The notes under the pieces are model-generated. The model was not told the origin of the DNA. It made no database searches and saw only the letters and a list, made by a program, of their open reading frames with translations. Below, piece after piece: positions 38,946 to 48,364 of a DNA stretch of 64,000 bases. The stretch lies in the NCBI GenBank assembly GCA_963677485.1, contig OY781964.1, forward strand, positions 4,580,862 to 4,644,861, given 5' to 3'. The position numbers were made by a program, and so were the translations under genes. The stretch comes from Armatimonadota bacterium (GTDB lineage Bacteria > Armatimonadota > HRBIN16). The stretch's first letter is position 1, and each line of letters begins with the position of its first letter.

Positions 38946-40204
38946 TTTACAGCCAGCTTCTTGAACCCGACGCTCTTGAGCTTCAGCCAGCGTCCTGCAA
39001 CACCTTTGGGATCGGGTACCAGCGCCAGTCTGGTGATCAGACCTTTATACTCGGCATTGGCTGCTAGCTTCACAGCATACACGTGATAGTTACCATCTGC
39101 GATGACAGGGAAGCTGACGCTGGTCTGTGGGCTGAACGCTTGACCATCTTTACGCTGCCATGTCACGTTGGCTGTTTTCTGACCGGAGGAGAACGCAGCT
39201 TTGATGTAGAGCACCGGGTTCCTGGCGGCTTCCCAGAGCCAGATTGGACTGTATATGATGCCATTGTCCTTGCTGATGTCGATGTTCAACTCATCCTTGA
39301 TAGGCCAGCCTGTGTCGACGGCATTCTGGTATGTCCAGTAGTGCCTATCGTTTTTGAACACCCAGTTGGGGTGCTCAGAAGGACGTGGCTGTTTGTAGAC
39401 ATGGTCGCGGATCTCTTTCAACGAACCAAGTATAAGCACATAGTTGAAACTGGTGTCGATGTTGTGGTCAAGTATCTCATCCGCCTGCGGTGAGAGGTAG
39501 CCGGTGGGGTCATCTTTGGGACCGCCTTTGTAAGTCGTACCAACGAAACAACCGGCAATCGTATATATACCGGGCTCGTATATCCCGAGTCCCCAGTCAT
39601 TGTCATCGACAATTGCCGCCCAGTTTTCAGAGGACAGTCCGATTGTGGGAGGGAAGGTGGACGGATACTGAGTGAGTTTATCTTTACTGTATGGCTTGTC
39701 GCCTGTGTATGTAAAGACACGGTACCATGGGCCGTTAGTGTAAACAGCGGGTAATTCCTGACCACGGCCTTCATACTGGATCTTATCCGACCGATGGTTG
39801 ACGATGCGGCTTTTGACCTTTACCGTGATGCCTTCCAAGCTGATCCAACACTCATAGCTGCATTCGCCCGGTACACCGTTAAGTGCCCATTGCATAGGGA
39901 TGCATTTCACATACAAGCTGTTTCTAGATTTTCGGTGCGCAACCACCTTAGAACCATGGCCGTTACAATCGCCTGACTGGATGGGGTTCCAACCGGCTGT
40001 AATCCAATGAGGATTGGCTTTTTGGCCGTCTGCTTCAAACGGCACAGGCCCGCCATAGAACGACAGTTGAATCTGACGCCCCCAATCGTGGCTGTTGATC
40101 ACATTCAGATCGGAGCCGGACTTAGATAGGTAGGTGATGGCACCACCGATGTCCAGGTTGATACCCAACTTGATCTGGCCGTTGTCGATGTAACTCATGT
40201 TCAT
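38942..40204 (-). CDS. Paralog 2 of the unknown family, no signal peptide
   Basis: The ATG 40204 start (MNMSYIDNGQIKLG...) coincides with the mature N-terminus of paralog 1. The track extension to TTG 40273 runs through a terminator hairpin and is not hydrophobic. Confidence 0.65.
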   Translation of the reverse strand: MNMSYIDNGQIKLGINLDIGGAITYLSKSGSDLNVINSHDWGRQIQLSFYGGPVPFEADGQKANPHWITAGWNPIQSGDCNGHGSKVVAHRKSRNSLYVKCIPMQWALNGVPGECSYECWISLEGITVKVKSRIVNHRSDKIQYEGRGQELPAVYTNGPWYRVFTYTGDKPYSKDKLTQYPSTFPPTIGLSSENWAAIVDDNDWGLGIYEPGIYTIAGCFVGTTYKGGPKDDPTGYLSPQADEILDHNIDTSFNYVLILGSLKEIRDHVYKQPRPSEHPNWVFKNDRHYWTYQNAVDTGWPIKDELNIDISKDNGIIYSPIWLWEAARNPVLYIKAAFSSGQKTANVTWQRKDGQAFSPQTSVSFPVIADGNYHVYAVKLAANAEYKGLITRLALVPDPKGVAGRWLKLKSVGFKKLAVK

Positions 40205-40240
40205 TGATGGTACAGACGCCACTTTGATACCCCCAAGTTG

Positions 40241-40266
40241 AAAAGAAGGGGAGCGAAACGCTCCCC
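40241..40266 (-). terminator. Intrinsic terminator between paralogs 3 and 2
   Basis: The minus strand reads GGGGAGCG-TTT-CGCTCCCC followed by TTCTTTT, starting 10 nt after the paralog 3 stop. Confidence 0.55.
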
Positions 40267-40276
40267 ATCGCAATCG

Positions 40277-41650
40277 CTATTCGCCAGATGGTCTCTTGAA
40301 TCCAATGGATTTGATCTGAACCCTCTGCCCATCGGCACCAACAGGGCTGATGATGCGCAGGCGCGAAATGACGCCGCTCCAGTTGGGCTTGCCCTTCAGC
40401 TCGATGGCATACACTCGGTATTCGCCGTCGCCAGTCACGGGGAAGGTGGTGGTATACATCTCGCACGGGTCAGCCTGCCCCATATCGATGATTTCACTCC
40501 ACCGCTGCTTCTCCCAAACCAGTGTCATTTGCTTTTGCTCTGTCTTGAAGGCCGCCTTTATGTAAAGCACGGGGTTCTTGTCCGCCTGGATGAATATCTT
40601 CGGTCCATTAATACTCGCGTCACTTTTGCTGAGATCGACGTCGAGTTCGCCTTTGATAGGCCAGCCAGTGTCAATGGCGTTGCCATAGGTCCAGTAATAC
40701 CGGTCTTTGTCGAAGACCCATTGCGGCTGGGTTGCCGGGCGGGGCTGTTTGTAGACATAGTCACGGATTTCCTTCACCGTGCCCAGAATCAAAACATATT
40801 GGTAGGCGGTGTCGATGTTATGGTCAAGGATTTGGTCCATCTCTGGCGCAATATATCCTGTAGGACCGTCTTTTGGCCCGCCCTTGCCTGGCTTCCCTGC
40901 AAAACCGCCTGCGATGGTGTAGACGCCGGGCTCGTAGATACCCAGCCCCCAGCCCTCATTGTTGACCAGTGCTGACCAGTTCTCCGTCGGAGTGACGATC
41001 TTCCACAGAAACGCGGCGGGGGTCTGTGTGAGTTCGCCACCTGTATACGGCTTATCACCGATGTATGTCATCAGCCGCCACCATGGGCCGTTGGTATAGA
41101 CAGCAGGCAGTTCCTGGCCCCTGGCGGGGTAGAAGTTCGTGTCCGGCCGGTTATTAACCATACGGCTTTTGACTTGCACCGTGTTGTCCTTAAGAGTGAT
41201 CCAGCACTCGAAAGTGCATTCACCCGGCACATTGGTCAACGGCCAGTGCATGGGGATGCATTTCACATAGATGCTCTTGCCGTCGTTCTTGTATGCCAGC
41301 ACTTTTGACTTGTTCCCAGCCACATCACCGGACTGGATGGGGTTCCAGCCGATGCCTGTCCAGGTTGGGTCGGCCTTCTTACCATCTGGCTCGAATGGCA
41401 CTGGGTAGGAGTAGTGCGACATCTGTATTTGGCGCCCGAGGTCGGCACTGTTGACCAGGTTCAGGCTGGAGCCGGCTTTTGAGATATAAGTGATCGATCC
41501 ACCCATATCCAGGTCGATGCCCAGCTTGATTTTGCTATTCTGAATGAAGCTCATATCCGGCTTAGTATTACTCACGCTGCTGCACCCCACTAATAGAACC
41601 ATAATAGTCGAAGCGGTCAAGCTCCGAAGAATCGATGGTACGAAAACCAC
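40277..41650 (-). CDS. Paralog 3 of the unknown family (lipoprotein signal)
   Basis: GTG start with AAGGAG SD 7 nt upstream. Lipobox ...MVLLVGC|SS. Same conserved blocks as the other paralogs. Confidence 0.7.
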   Translation of the reverse strand: MVFVPSILRSLTASTIMVLLVGCSSVSNTKPDMSFIQNSKIKLGIDLDMGGSITYISKAGSSLNLVNSADLGRQIQMSHYSYPVPFEPDGKKADPTWTGIGWNPIQSGDVAGNKSKVLAYKNDGKSIYVKCIPMHWPLTNVPGECTFECWITLKDNTVQVKSRMVNNRPDTNFYPARGQELPAVYTNGPWWRLMTYIGDKPYTGGELTQTPAAFLWKIVTPTENWSALVNNEGWGLGIYEPGVYTIAGGFAGKPGKGGPKDGPTGYIAPEMDQILDHNIDTAYQYVLILGTVKEIRDYVYKQPRPATQPQWVFDKDRYYWTYGNAIDTGWPIKGELDVDLSKSDASINGPKIFIQADKNPVLYIKAAFKTEQKQMTLVWEKQRWSEIIDMGQADPCEMYTTTFPVTGDGEYRVYAIELKGKPNWSGVISRLRIISPVGADGQRVQIKSIGFKRPSGE

Positions 41651-41668
41651 AGTCAGACTCCTTGTAAG

Positions 41669-43021
41669 TTATTTACCAGTTGGTTTGGCGTAGCCAATAG
41701 ACTTGATGATGGCTCTGTTACCTGCGACGCCTTTTCGAGATGGCACCAGTTGCAGCCGTGTGATCATGCCGCTATACTCTGGTGACTTCGAGAGATCAAT
41801 GGAATAGATGCGCGATACTCCATCGCCTGTGATAGACATCGGCAGACTTTTGGTGTCGTTGAAACCCGGCGCGTCTTTGCGTTCCCATTGGATGGTCGCT
41901 GAGGTTTCATCTGTGGTAAAGGCGGCTTTGACATATAGAATTGGGTTCTTTACCGCGCTCCACAACCCTTCAGGGCTGATCAACTGTGGGTTGTCGTTAC
42001 TAAGGTCGATATTCAGCTCGCCCTTGATTGGCCAGCCTTTGTCAATGGCGTTACGATAAATCCAATGCTGCCTGTTGTTTTTAAAAACCCAATTGGGCGT
42101 GACATCCGGCTGTTTTTGCTTATACACATAGTCGCGGATCTCCTGTAGTGAGCCAAGAATCAACACATAGGAGTATGAGTAGTCGATATTGTGGTCAATG
42201 ATCTCTCGATGCAAAGGGGCGATGTAGCCGGTGGGACCATCTTTAGGCCCGCCTTTGCCTGGTTTCCCAGCAAATCCACCGATGGTGCGGTATACACCTG
42301 GCTGCCAGATGCCAAGGCCCCAGTCATTATCGTTCACCAAAGCAGACCAGTTTTCGGTGCTGATCCAGCCCTTCCATGGCATGACTGGTGGGATATGAGT
42401 GAGCTTGTCATTGGTGAATGGCTTATCGCCATCATAGGTCATCAGCTTCCACCATGGGCCATTGGTGTAAATGGCGGGCAGCTCCTGGTCGCGGCCGTCA
42501 TACTGATTTGTATCTATTCGGTGGTTCACCATACGGCTCTTCACCAGCACGGTGTTGTCTTTTAGCGTAATCCAGCACTCAAAGGTGCATTCACCGGGCA
42601 CGTTGTCTAGCGGCCACTGCATAGGTATGCACTTCACATACAGACTCGTTTTGTCGTTCTTGTGGGCAAGCACTGTAGAGCGGTGCTGATAACAGTCCCC
42701 AGACTGGATGGGATTCCAGCCAAGGCCTCTCCAGGCATCGTTTGCTTTGTGCCCATCTGGCTCAAATGGATTGGGGCCAGAATAGTGCGACATCTGTATC
42801 TGCCGACCCCAGTCGGCTGAGTTCACCAGGTTTACATTGGTGCCGGATTTCGATATGTAGGTGATAGAGCCTCCCAGATCGAGGTTTATGCCGACCTTGA
42901 TTTTCCCATTATCGATGAAACTGATGTTATCTGGCTTCTGTTGTGCGGTGCCTTTGCAACCGCATATCCCAACTGTCAAAAGGCCGATTAGCATCATGGT
43001 AGCTACAGGCTGGATGGTCAA
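41669..43021 (-). CDS. Paralog 4 of the unknown family (probable lipoprotein signal)
   Basis: TTG start with AAGGAG SD 7 nt upstream. Hydrophobic N-terminus ending GICGC|KG. Same conserved blocks as the other paralogs. Confidence 0.7.
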   Translation of the reverse strand: MTIQPVATMMLIGLLTVGICGCKGTAQQKPDNISFIDNGKIKVGINLDLGGSITYISKSGTNVNLVNSADWGRQIQMSHYSGPNPFEPDGHKANDAWRGLGWNPIQSGDCYQHRSTVLAHKNDKTSLYVKCIPMQWPLDNVPGECTFECWITLKDNTVLVKSRMVNHRIDTNQYDGRDQELPAIYTNGPWWKLMTYDGDKPFTNDKLTHIPPVMPWKGWISTENWSALVNDNDWGLGIWQPGVYRTIGGFAGKPGKGGPKDGPTGYIAPLHREIIDHNIDYSYSYVLILGSLQEIRDYVYKQKQPDVTPNWVFKNNRQHWIYRNAIDKGWPIKGELNIDLSNDNPQLISPEGLWSAVKNPILYVKAAFTTDETSATIQWERKDAPGFNDTKSLPMSITGDGVSRIYSIDLSKSPEYSGMITRLQLVPSRKGVAGNRAIIKSIGYAKPTGK

Positions 43022-43181
43022 CTTAATTCTCCTTGTCGTCCTACTAATGGGTGGTTATTTGCCCATTTAAGGACACGGTGACGTAGATTTCGCCATTTCA
43101 TGTGATGATACCTTTAGTCTTACTGCAATAACAGGGTAGAATCAGCTATAAGTCATACTTTTTCATACGGAGGATTACGAA

Positions 43182-43598
43182 ATGCCTGGTGTATCTTTAT
43201 CTCATAGGGCACCTGCGCCTGAGGAGTTGATACGGTTACGTGAGGCTGTAGGATGGGCCGTTCCAGACCTTGCCGAAGCCAAACGTGCCATGGACATGAC
43301 ATTGTTCGGTGTCACCTTAAGGCTAGACGGTCGATGCATTGGAACTGGTCGTGTAGTTGGTGATGGTTCACTGGCCTTTTTTATACAGGATGTCATTATA
43401 TTGCCTGCGCAGCAGGGACACGGCTATGGAACACTCATCATGGATGGATTGATGGAATACATCCAGCGCCACGCACGCCATGGTGCGTTTGTGGGGCTTT
43501 TCTCAGCCAAGGGCATGGAAAAATGGTATGAAAAATACGGGTTTGTTTCTCGGCCAACTGAGGAACTTGGCTGCGGGATGATGTTCCAACGCTCGTAA
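43182..43598 (+). CDS. GNAT family N-acetyltransferase
   Basis: SD ggagg. Acetyl-CoA-binding block ILPAQQGHGYGTLIM (Q/R.xGxG). 138 aa. Confidence 0.75.
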   Translation: MPGVSLSHRAPAPEELIRLREAVGWAVPDLAEAKRAMDMTLFGVTLRLDGRCIGTGRVVGDGSLAFFIQDVIILPAQQGHGYGTLIMDGLMEYIQRHARHGAFVGLFSAKGMEKWYEKYGFVSRPTEELGCGMMFQRS

Positions 43599-43762
43599 CT
43601 TACTGGACATGACCGTGGGGCCCATAGATTTTTATGGCATGTCATCAGGATGTTACACGGTATGTCGGGTGTATAATGTCATAAATGGTATTAGGTTACC
43701 ATCAGCAATATGATAGGGGTGGCGTATATGCCACCCTTTTGTTCGGAGGGACAGTAGAATTT

Positions 43763-44620
43763 ATGGGATCACATAATCGTGCAGATGGACTTCTCCACAT
43801 CGTCTTCATCAATGTCAACAGGGATACGATTGGGGACAGCACCCTTGTCATCTACCCAGATGGATATGCGATGCTGGTGGACGCCGGTGTGCCAGGCGAA
43901 GGGTTACGCACCGTACTCCCGGTTCTACAAAAGAATGGTGTGAAGTCTGTCGACCGGTTTGTCATCAGCCACATGCATAACGACCACTTCGGCGGGCTCA
44001 TGGAATTGTTGAAGTCACCTGAGATCAGCTTTGGTGAGGTATGGTGGTCGCCGGTACCGCTGGCACTGTACAAAAAATACGAAAGCCAGTATGCCAAGGA
44101 GCTAGAGGATTTTGAGCCGGAATTTTCGGCATTCATGAAGACATCTCCTATCAAACTGATCCGGCCAGCAGTTGGTCAGGCTGAAGTGCGGGCCGATGTG
44201 TTGATGCGTGTTCTGGACATCGCTCAGCCTACCGTACCTTTACCCAACTACATCAACAACAACAATATTGTTCTGCATTTACAGCATCGCAGCATCAGTG
44301 TGATGCTGACTGGTGATTTGGGCTTTGAAGAGGAGACCCGCGTACTGCGCCGATGGCCTAGCGTAAGGTCAACTATCTTGAAGCTGGCCCATCACGCTGG
44401 AGCCAACGCCAATGGTCCTAAATGGATGCGGCAAGTCACACCGGAAGTCGCCATCGCACCCATGCCAGCCTGGCTTTCGCCTGACCCTCGCGGAATGAGC
44501 TGTGCAGAGCGGATACGGCCATATATCGGCCGGTTCCTGCGAACATGGGAGTCTGGGCACATCGAAGTGATCAGCGATGGCCGATCATATCACGTCGTCA
44601 CAGAGAAGAATAAAGCCTAG
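43763..44620 (+). CDS. MBL-fold metallo-hydrolase (ComEC/Rec2 C-terminal-domain-like)
   Basis: Metal motif ISHMHNDHFGG (HxHxDH), then LTGD and KLAHHG blocks. The start is taken at ATG 43763. Confidence 0.7.
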   Translation: MGSHNRADGLLHIVFINVNRDTIGDSTLVIYPDGYAMLVDAGVPGEGLRTVLPVLQKNGVKSVDRFVISHMHNDHFGGLMELLKSPEISFGEVWWSPVPLALYKKYESQYAKELEDFEPEFSAFMKTSPIKLIRPAVGQAEVRADVLMRVLDIAQPTVPLPNYINNNNIVLHLQHRSISVMLTGDLGFEEETRVLRRWPSVRSTILKLAHHAGANANGPKWMRQVTPEVAIAPMPAWLSPDPRGMSCAERIRPYIGRFLRTWESGHIEVISDGRSYHVVTEKNKA

Positions 44621-44781
44621 AACCAAGAATCGCACCGTAGTTAAGAATCCTCAGAAGGGTTTTTGCATGTCCCTCTCGAAATGGTGATATATGCATGGTT
44701 CTGCGCATGTCTCTATATAAGCAGCTCGCAGAAGCATCTTGTCATTCTGGACGATTCTAGTTACCGCTCAAGGAGGAACCT

Positions 44782-45786
44782 ATGCGACGCTGTTCTGCTA
44801 TACTTCTGCTGATCTCACTGTGTGTACTCAGTGTAGGGTGCGCTAAGAGGGAATCGACCGGCACTACAGGAAACACAACCAAGTTAAAAATCGCTGTGAT
44901 CCCTAAAGGCACCATCCATGAGTATTGGAAGTCTGTTCACGCCGGGGCTGTGAAAGCAGGCAATGAACTGGGCGTAGAGATCATCTGGAAAGGCCCACTC
45001 AAAGAGGACGACCGAGACGCACAGATATCGACGGTTGAAGACTTCATCTCCAAGGGTGTGTCGGGCATCGTGCTGGCTCCGCTCGATGACACCGCCTTAC
45101 GCGCTCCTGTGACCAATGCACAGAACAATAACATTCCTGTGGTGTTGTTTGACTCTGGTATGAAGGGCACAGCCGGAAAAGACTTCGTGAGCTTTGTCGC
45201 CACTGATAACTTCAAAGGTGGACAGATCGGCGGGGAATTCCTGGCCAAAGAGCTCAAGGGTAAGGGAACTGTCATCGTGCTGCGATACAATGAAGGCTCG
45301 GACAGCACCACAAAGCGTGAAGACGGCTTCCTTGACGCGGTGAAGAAGTCACCGGGCATTAAAATACTCAGTGCGGACCAGTATGCTGGCGTGACCACTG
45401 AGACGGCGTACAAGGCTGGCGAAAATCTGCTTGCCCGTTTCAAGGGCCAGAAGATTGACGGAATCTTTACGCCTGCTGAACCAGTCACCTTTGGAATGCT
45501 GCGCGCGCTGCAAGATGCCGGTTTGGCTGGCAAGGTCAACCTAATTGGCTTTGACAGTTCGGAAACTATGATCAAGGCGATCAAAGATGGTCAGGTCAAA
45601 GCTATCGTCGTTCAGAACCCAATGCAGATTGGGTATATGGGCGTAAAGACGCTGGTGCAGCACCTCAACAAGCAAACTGTGCCAGACCGTATCGACACAG
45701 GTGCCACGCTCATCACCAAAGAGAATGTCGAGACCCCTGAGATCAACACTCTGCTTCACCCAGACCTTGGAAAATATCTGAAGTGA
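44782..45786 (+). CDS. Sugar ABC transporter substrate-binding lipoprotein (RbsB-like, CUT2 type)
   Basis: SD aggagg. Lipobox LSVGC|AK. Periplasmic-binding-protein type I pattern KIAVIPKGT.HEYW...GVSGIVLAPLD. Confidence 0.8.
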   Translation: MRRCSAILLLISLCVLSVGCAKRESTGTTGNTTKLKIAVIPKGTIHEYWKSVHAGAVKAGNELGVEIIWKGPLKEDDRDAQISTVEDFISKGVSGIVLAPLDDTALRAPVTNAQNNNIPVVLFDSGMKGTAGKDFVSFVATDNFKGGQIGGEFLAKELKGKGTVIVLRYNEGSDSTTKREDGFLDAVKKSPGIKILSADQYAGVTTETAYKAGENLLARFKGQKIDGIFTPAEPVTFGMLRALQDAGLAGKVNLIGFDSSETMIKAIKDGQVKAIVVQNPMQIGYMGVKTLVQHLNKQTVPDRIDTGATLITKENVETPEINTLLHPDLGKYLK

Positions 45787-47309
45787 GCGATTCACCTGCA
45801 CCCAGACTGGAAATGCACGGTGTGTGCAAGCGGTATGGGGCCACTATAGCACTTGATGATGTGAGTTTGAGCATCATGCCGGGCGTTGTTCATGCACTCG
45901 TCGGAGAGAACGGCGCAGGTAAAAGCACGCTGATGAAGGTGCTTTCAGGTGCGATATCTGCAGATAGTGGGGAGATGCGGCTCGATGGTGAGCCGTATCA
46001 TCCCCGAAACCCTATGGATGCCCGGAAATCCGGAGTTGCCATGATCTACCAGGAGTTGTCCCTGGCCCACCATCTGTCGGTTGAGGACAACATCATCCTG
46101 GGCATGGAGCCCAACCGGTTCGGGATACTGAAACGCAGCGTGATCCGGCAACAGGCGCTTGATGCTCTCAACCAACTGGGACATCCTGAAATTCAACCTG
46201 AGACCCTTGTCGGGCAGCTCACTGTAGCCGCTCAGCAGCTTGTAGAGATCGGCAGAGCGATAGCGGTAGGTTGCCAGGTGTTAGTGCTTGATGAGCCGAC
46301 CAGCAGTCTTTCGCGTGAGGATGTCGACAGGCTTTTCACACTGATCGCTAAATTAAAGCAGCAAGGGAAGTCGATCGTCTATATCTCGCATTTTCTAGAG
46401 GAAGTAAAGCAGGTCGCTGACAGTTTCAGCGTTTTGCGAGATGGACGGTCGGTATCTACCGGGGAGATCGGATCGGTGAGTACCGAGCAGATAGTCAGCC
46501 TGATGGTTGGACGTGACCTCAAGGAGCTTTACCCTCGTTCACAAAAAACACCGGGTGAGGTTGTGCTGGAGATCACGAATCTAGCCGGAATCATCAAACC
46601 GAGCTCCGCCAGCTTAACGCTGCATCGCGGCGAGGTACTGGGCATTGCCGGTCTGGTGGGAGCCGGACGGACCGAGCTACTACGCGCGCTATTTGGTTTA
46701 GACCCTGTGAAGAGCGGCTCTATCCGGCTGGGCTCGTATACCGGACCAGCATCACCGGCAAGACGGTGGGATCAGGGAGCGGGATTGCTGAGCGAAGACC
46801 GCAAGAACGAAGGGCTGGCTCTGAATCTGAGCATCGCGGATAACCTCACGCTTTCCAAGTTGGAGGGTTTGGGGCCAGGCGTCACTATCATGCCGAATCA
46901 GCAATCTGCGGTGGCGACCAGTTTGATTGAAAAGCTGGCCATCAAATGCAAAAATCCCGGGCAACCGGTGTCGGACCTTTCGGGCGGTAATCAGCAGAAA
47001 GTGGCCATCGGCCGTCTGCTGCATCACGATGTCGATGTGCTTCTTCTAGATGAACCGACGCGGGGGATTGATGTGGCCAGCAAGGCGTTGATCTACAAAC
47101 TGATCGATGAGCTGGCCATGGGCGATGCATCAAAGGGGATCGCTCCCAAAGCGGTGTTGATTGTGAGCAGCTATCTTCCCGAGTTAATGGGGATATGTGA
47201 CCGTATAGCGGTGATGCACCGCGGCGTTCTCGGTGCTGCGAGACCGGTGTCCGAACTGCATGAACAGCAGATAATGCTAGAGGCTACAGGAGCTGAGGAG
47301 ACTGTATGA
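45783..47309 (+). CDS. Sugar ABC transporter ATP-binding protein (duplicated ATPase, RbsA/MglA-like)
   Basis: GTGA overlap. Two nucleotide-binding domains: Walker A GENGAGKST, signature LSGGNQQK, Walker B LLLDEPTRG. Confidence 0.9.
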   Translation: MSDSPAPRLEMHGVCKRYGATIALDDVSLSIMPGVVHALVGENGAGKSTLMKVLSGAISADSGEMRLDGEPYHPRNPMDARKSGVAMIYQELSLAHHLSVEDNIILGMEPNRFGILKRSVIRQQALDALNQLGHPEIQPETLVGQLTVAAQQLVEIGRAIAVGCQVLVLDEPTSSLSREDVDRLFTLIAKLKQQGKSIVYISHFLEEVKQVADSFSVLRDGRSVSTGEIGSVSTEQIVSLMVGRDLKELYPRSQKTPGEVVLEITNLAGIIKPSSASLTLHRGEVLGIAGLVGAGRTELLRALFGLDPVKSGSIRLGSYTGPASPARRWDQGAGLLSEDRKNEGLALNLSIADNLTLSKLEGLGPGVTIMPNQQSAVATSLIEKLAIKCKNPGQPVSDLSGGNQQKVAIGRLLHHDVDVLLLDEPTRGIDVASKALIYKLIDELAMGDASKGIAPKAVLIVSSYLPELMGICDRIAVMHRGVLGAARPVSELHEQQIMLEATGAEETV

Positions 47310-48328
47310 TTTCGCCAGATAAGGTTACTGCGGCTAAACGTCCGATAGGAAGCCGTCTCGGATTTCTGAATAAGTTCGGTGCGTTATTGGGGCTGTTTAT
47401 CATCTTTGGGTTATTTACGGCCATTACATCAAGTGACTTTGCGTCTATACGTAATATCGAAACTATCGCAAGGCAGACAACTGTGGTCGGCACCGCTGCC
47501 CTCGGTATGACTATGGTGATCATCCTTGGCGGGATTGACCTGTCGGTTGGGTCAGTCGTGGCCTTGACTACGGTTGTGATAGCTCTGGTGCTGGGCTACC
47601 ATTCCGACACAGTGGTTACCGTGTCACCCATGCAGGGACTGCTCGCAGGCCTGGCGGGGATTGGCGCAGGTGCGTTGTGCGGTTTGGTCAACGGGCTGTT
47701 GATCACCCGCTTGAAAGTGGTACCATTCATCGTGACTTTGGGCACGATGCTGGCGGTCACCGGTGTTGCCAAAGGGTTGGCTAATGATATGAAAGTCAAC
47801 TGCGATGACTCTTGGTTAAACAGCGTGCTGGCCGCATTGGGGCCTGACAATCGGTGGCTGCTGCTGCCGGTCGGCGTGTGGATCATGTTGATACTAGCAG
47901 TGGTAGTGGCGTTTATCCTGAAGTACACTCGTTTTGGACGGCATGTTTTTGCGGTGGGTTCTAATGAGCAGACCGCCCGTCTCTGCGGCATCTCGGTGGA
48001 ACGGGTGAAGCTGCTTGTTTATGTCAGCAGCGCAGCGTTGGTCGGTTTAGCTGGCTTGATGCAGTTTTCGAGGCTGACCATCGGCGATCCGACTGTGGCG
48101 AAAGGTCTGGAACTGCAGGTCATCGCCGCGGTGGTGATTGGCGGGGGCAGTCTTTCCGGCGGGGAAGGATCCATATTCGGCACGCTGGTGGGAGCACTCA
48201 TCGTCGGTGTGATCGGTTCAGGATGTTCACAAATGGGGTTACCGAACTGGGTTCAAGAGATCGCGACCGGCTGCATCATCGTAGTGGCTGTGGCACTGGA
48301 CAGACTTCGTCACAGGCGTGCGATATAA
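47306..48328 (+). CDS. Sugar ABC transporter permease (RbsC-like)
   Basis: ATGA overlap. Multi-TM protein with GGIDLSVGS and FGRHVFAVGSNEQTARLCGI blocks typical of CUT2 permeases. Confidence 0.85.
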   Translation: MISPDKVTAAKRPIGSRLGFLNKFGALLGLFIIFGLFTAITSSDFASIRNIETIARQTTVVGTAALGMTMVIILGGIDLSVGSVVALTTVVIALVLGYHSDTVVTVSPMQGLLAGLAGIGAGALCGLVNGLLITRLKVVPFIVTLGTMLAVTGVAKGLANDMKVNCDDSWLNSVLAALGPDNRWLLLPVGVWIMLILAVVVAFILKYTRFGRHVFAVGSNEQTARLCGISVERVKLLVYVSSAALVGLAGLMQFSRLTIGDPTVAKGLELQVIAAVVIGGGSLSGGEGSIFGTLVGALIVGVIGSGCSQMGLPNWVQEIATGCIIVVAVALDRLRHRRAI

Positions 48329-48364
48329 CCATATTCGAATCATTTCTTCATATGGAGGAGAACC

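Noticed and set aside
40238-40975. Long plus-strand ORF (245 aa) antisense to paralog 3. Similar antisense ORFs occur at 38292-38786, 39083-39493 and 42191-42565 (paralog array), and at 48635-49393, 44937-45584, 52540-53145, 24568-25185 and 15534-16064.
   Set aside because: Each lies entirely opposite a gene with strong motif support. They have no SD or recognisable domains and show biased Arg/Gly/Val-rich composition typical of shadow ORFs. The ones in the paralog array recur only because the sense genes are paralogous.
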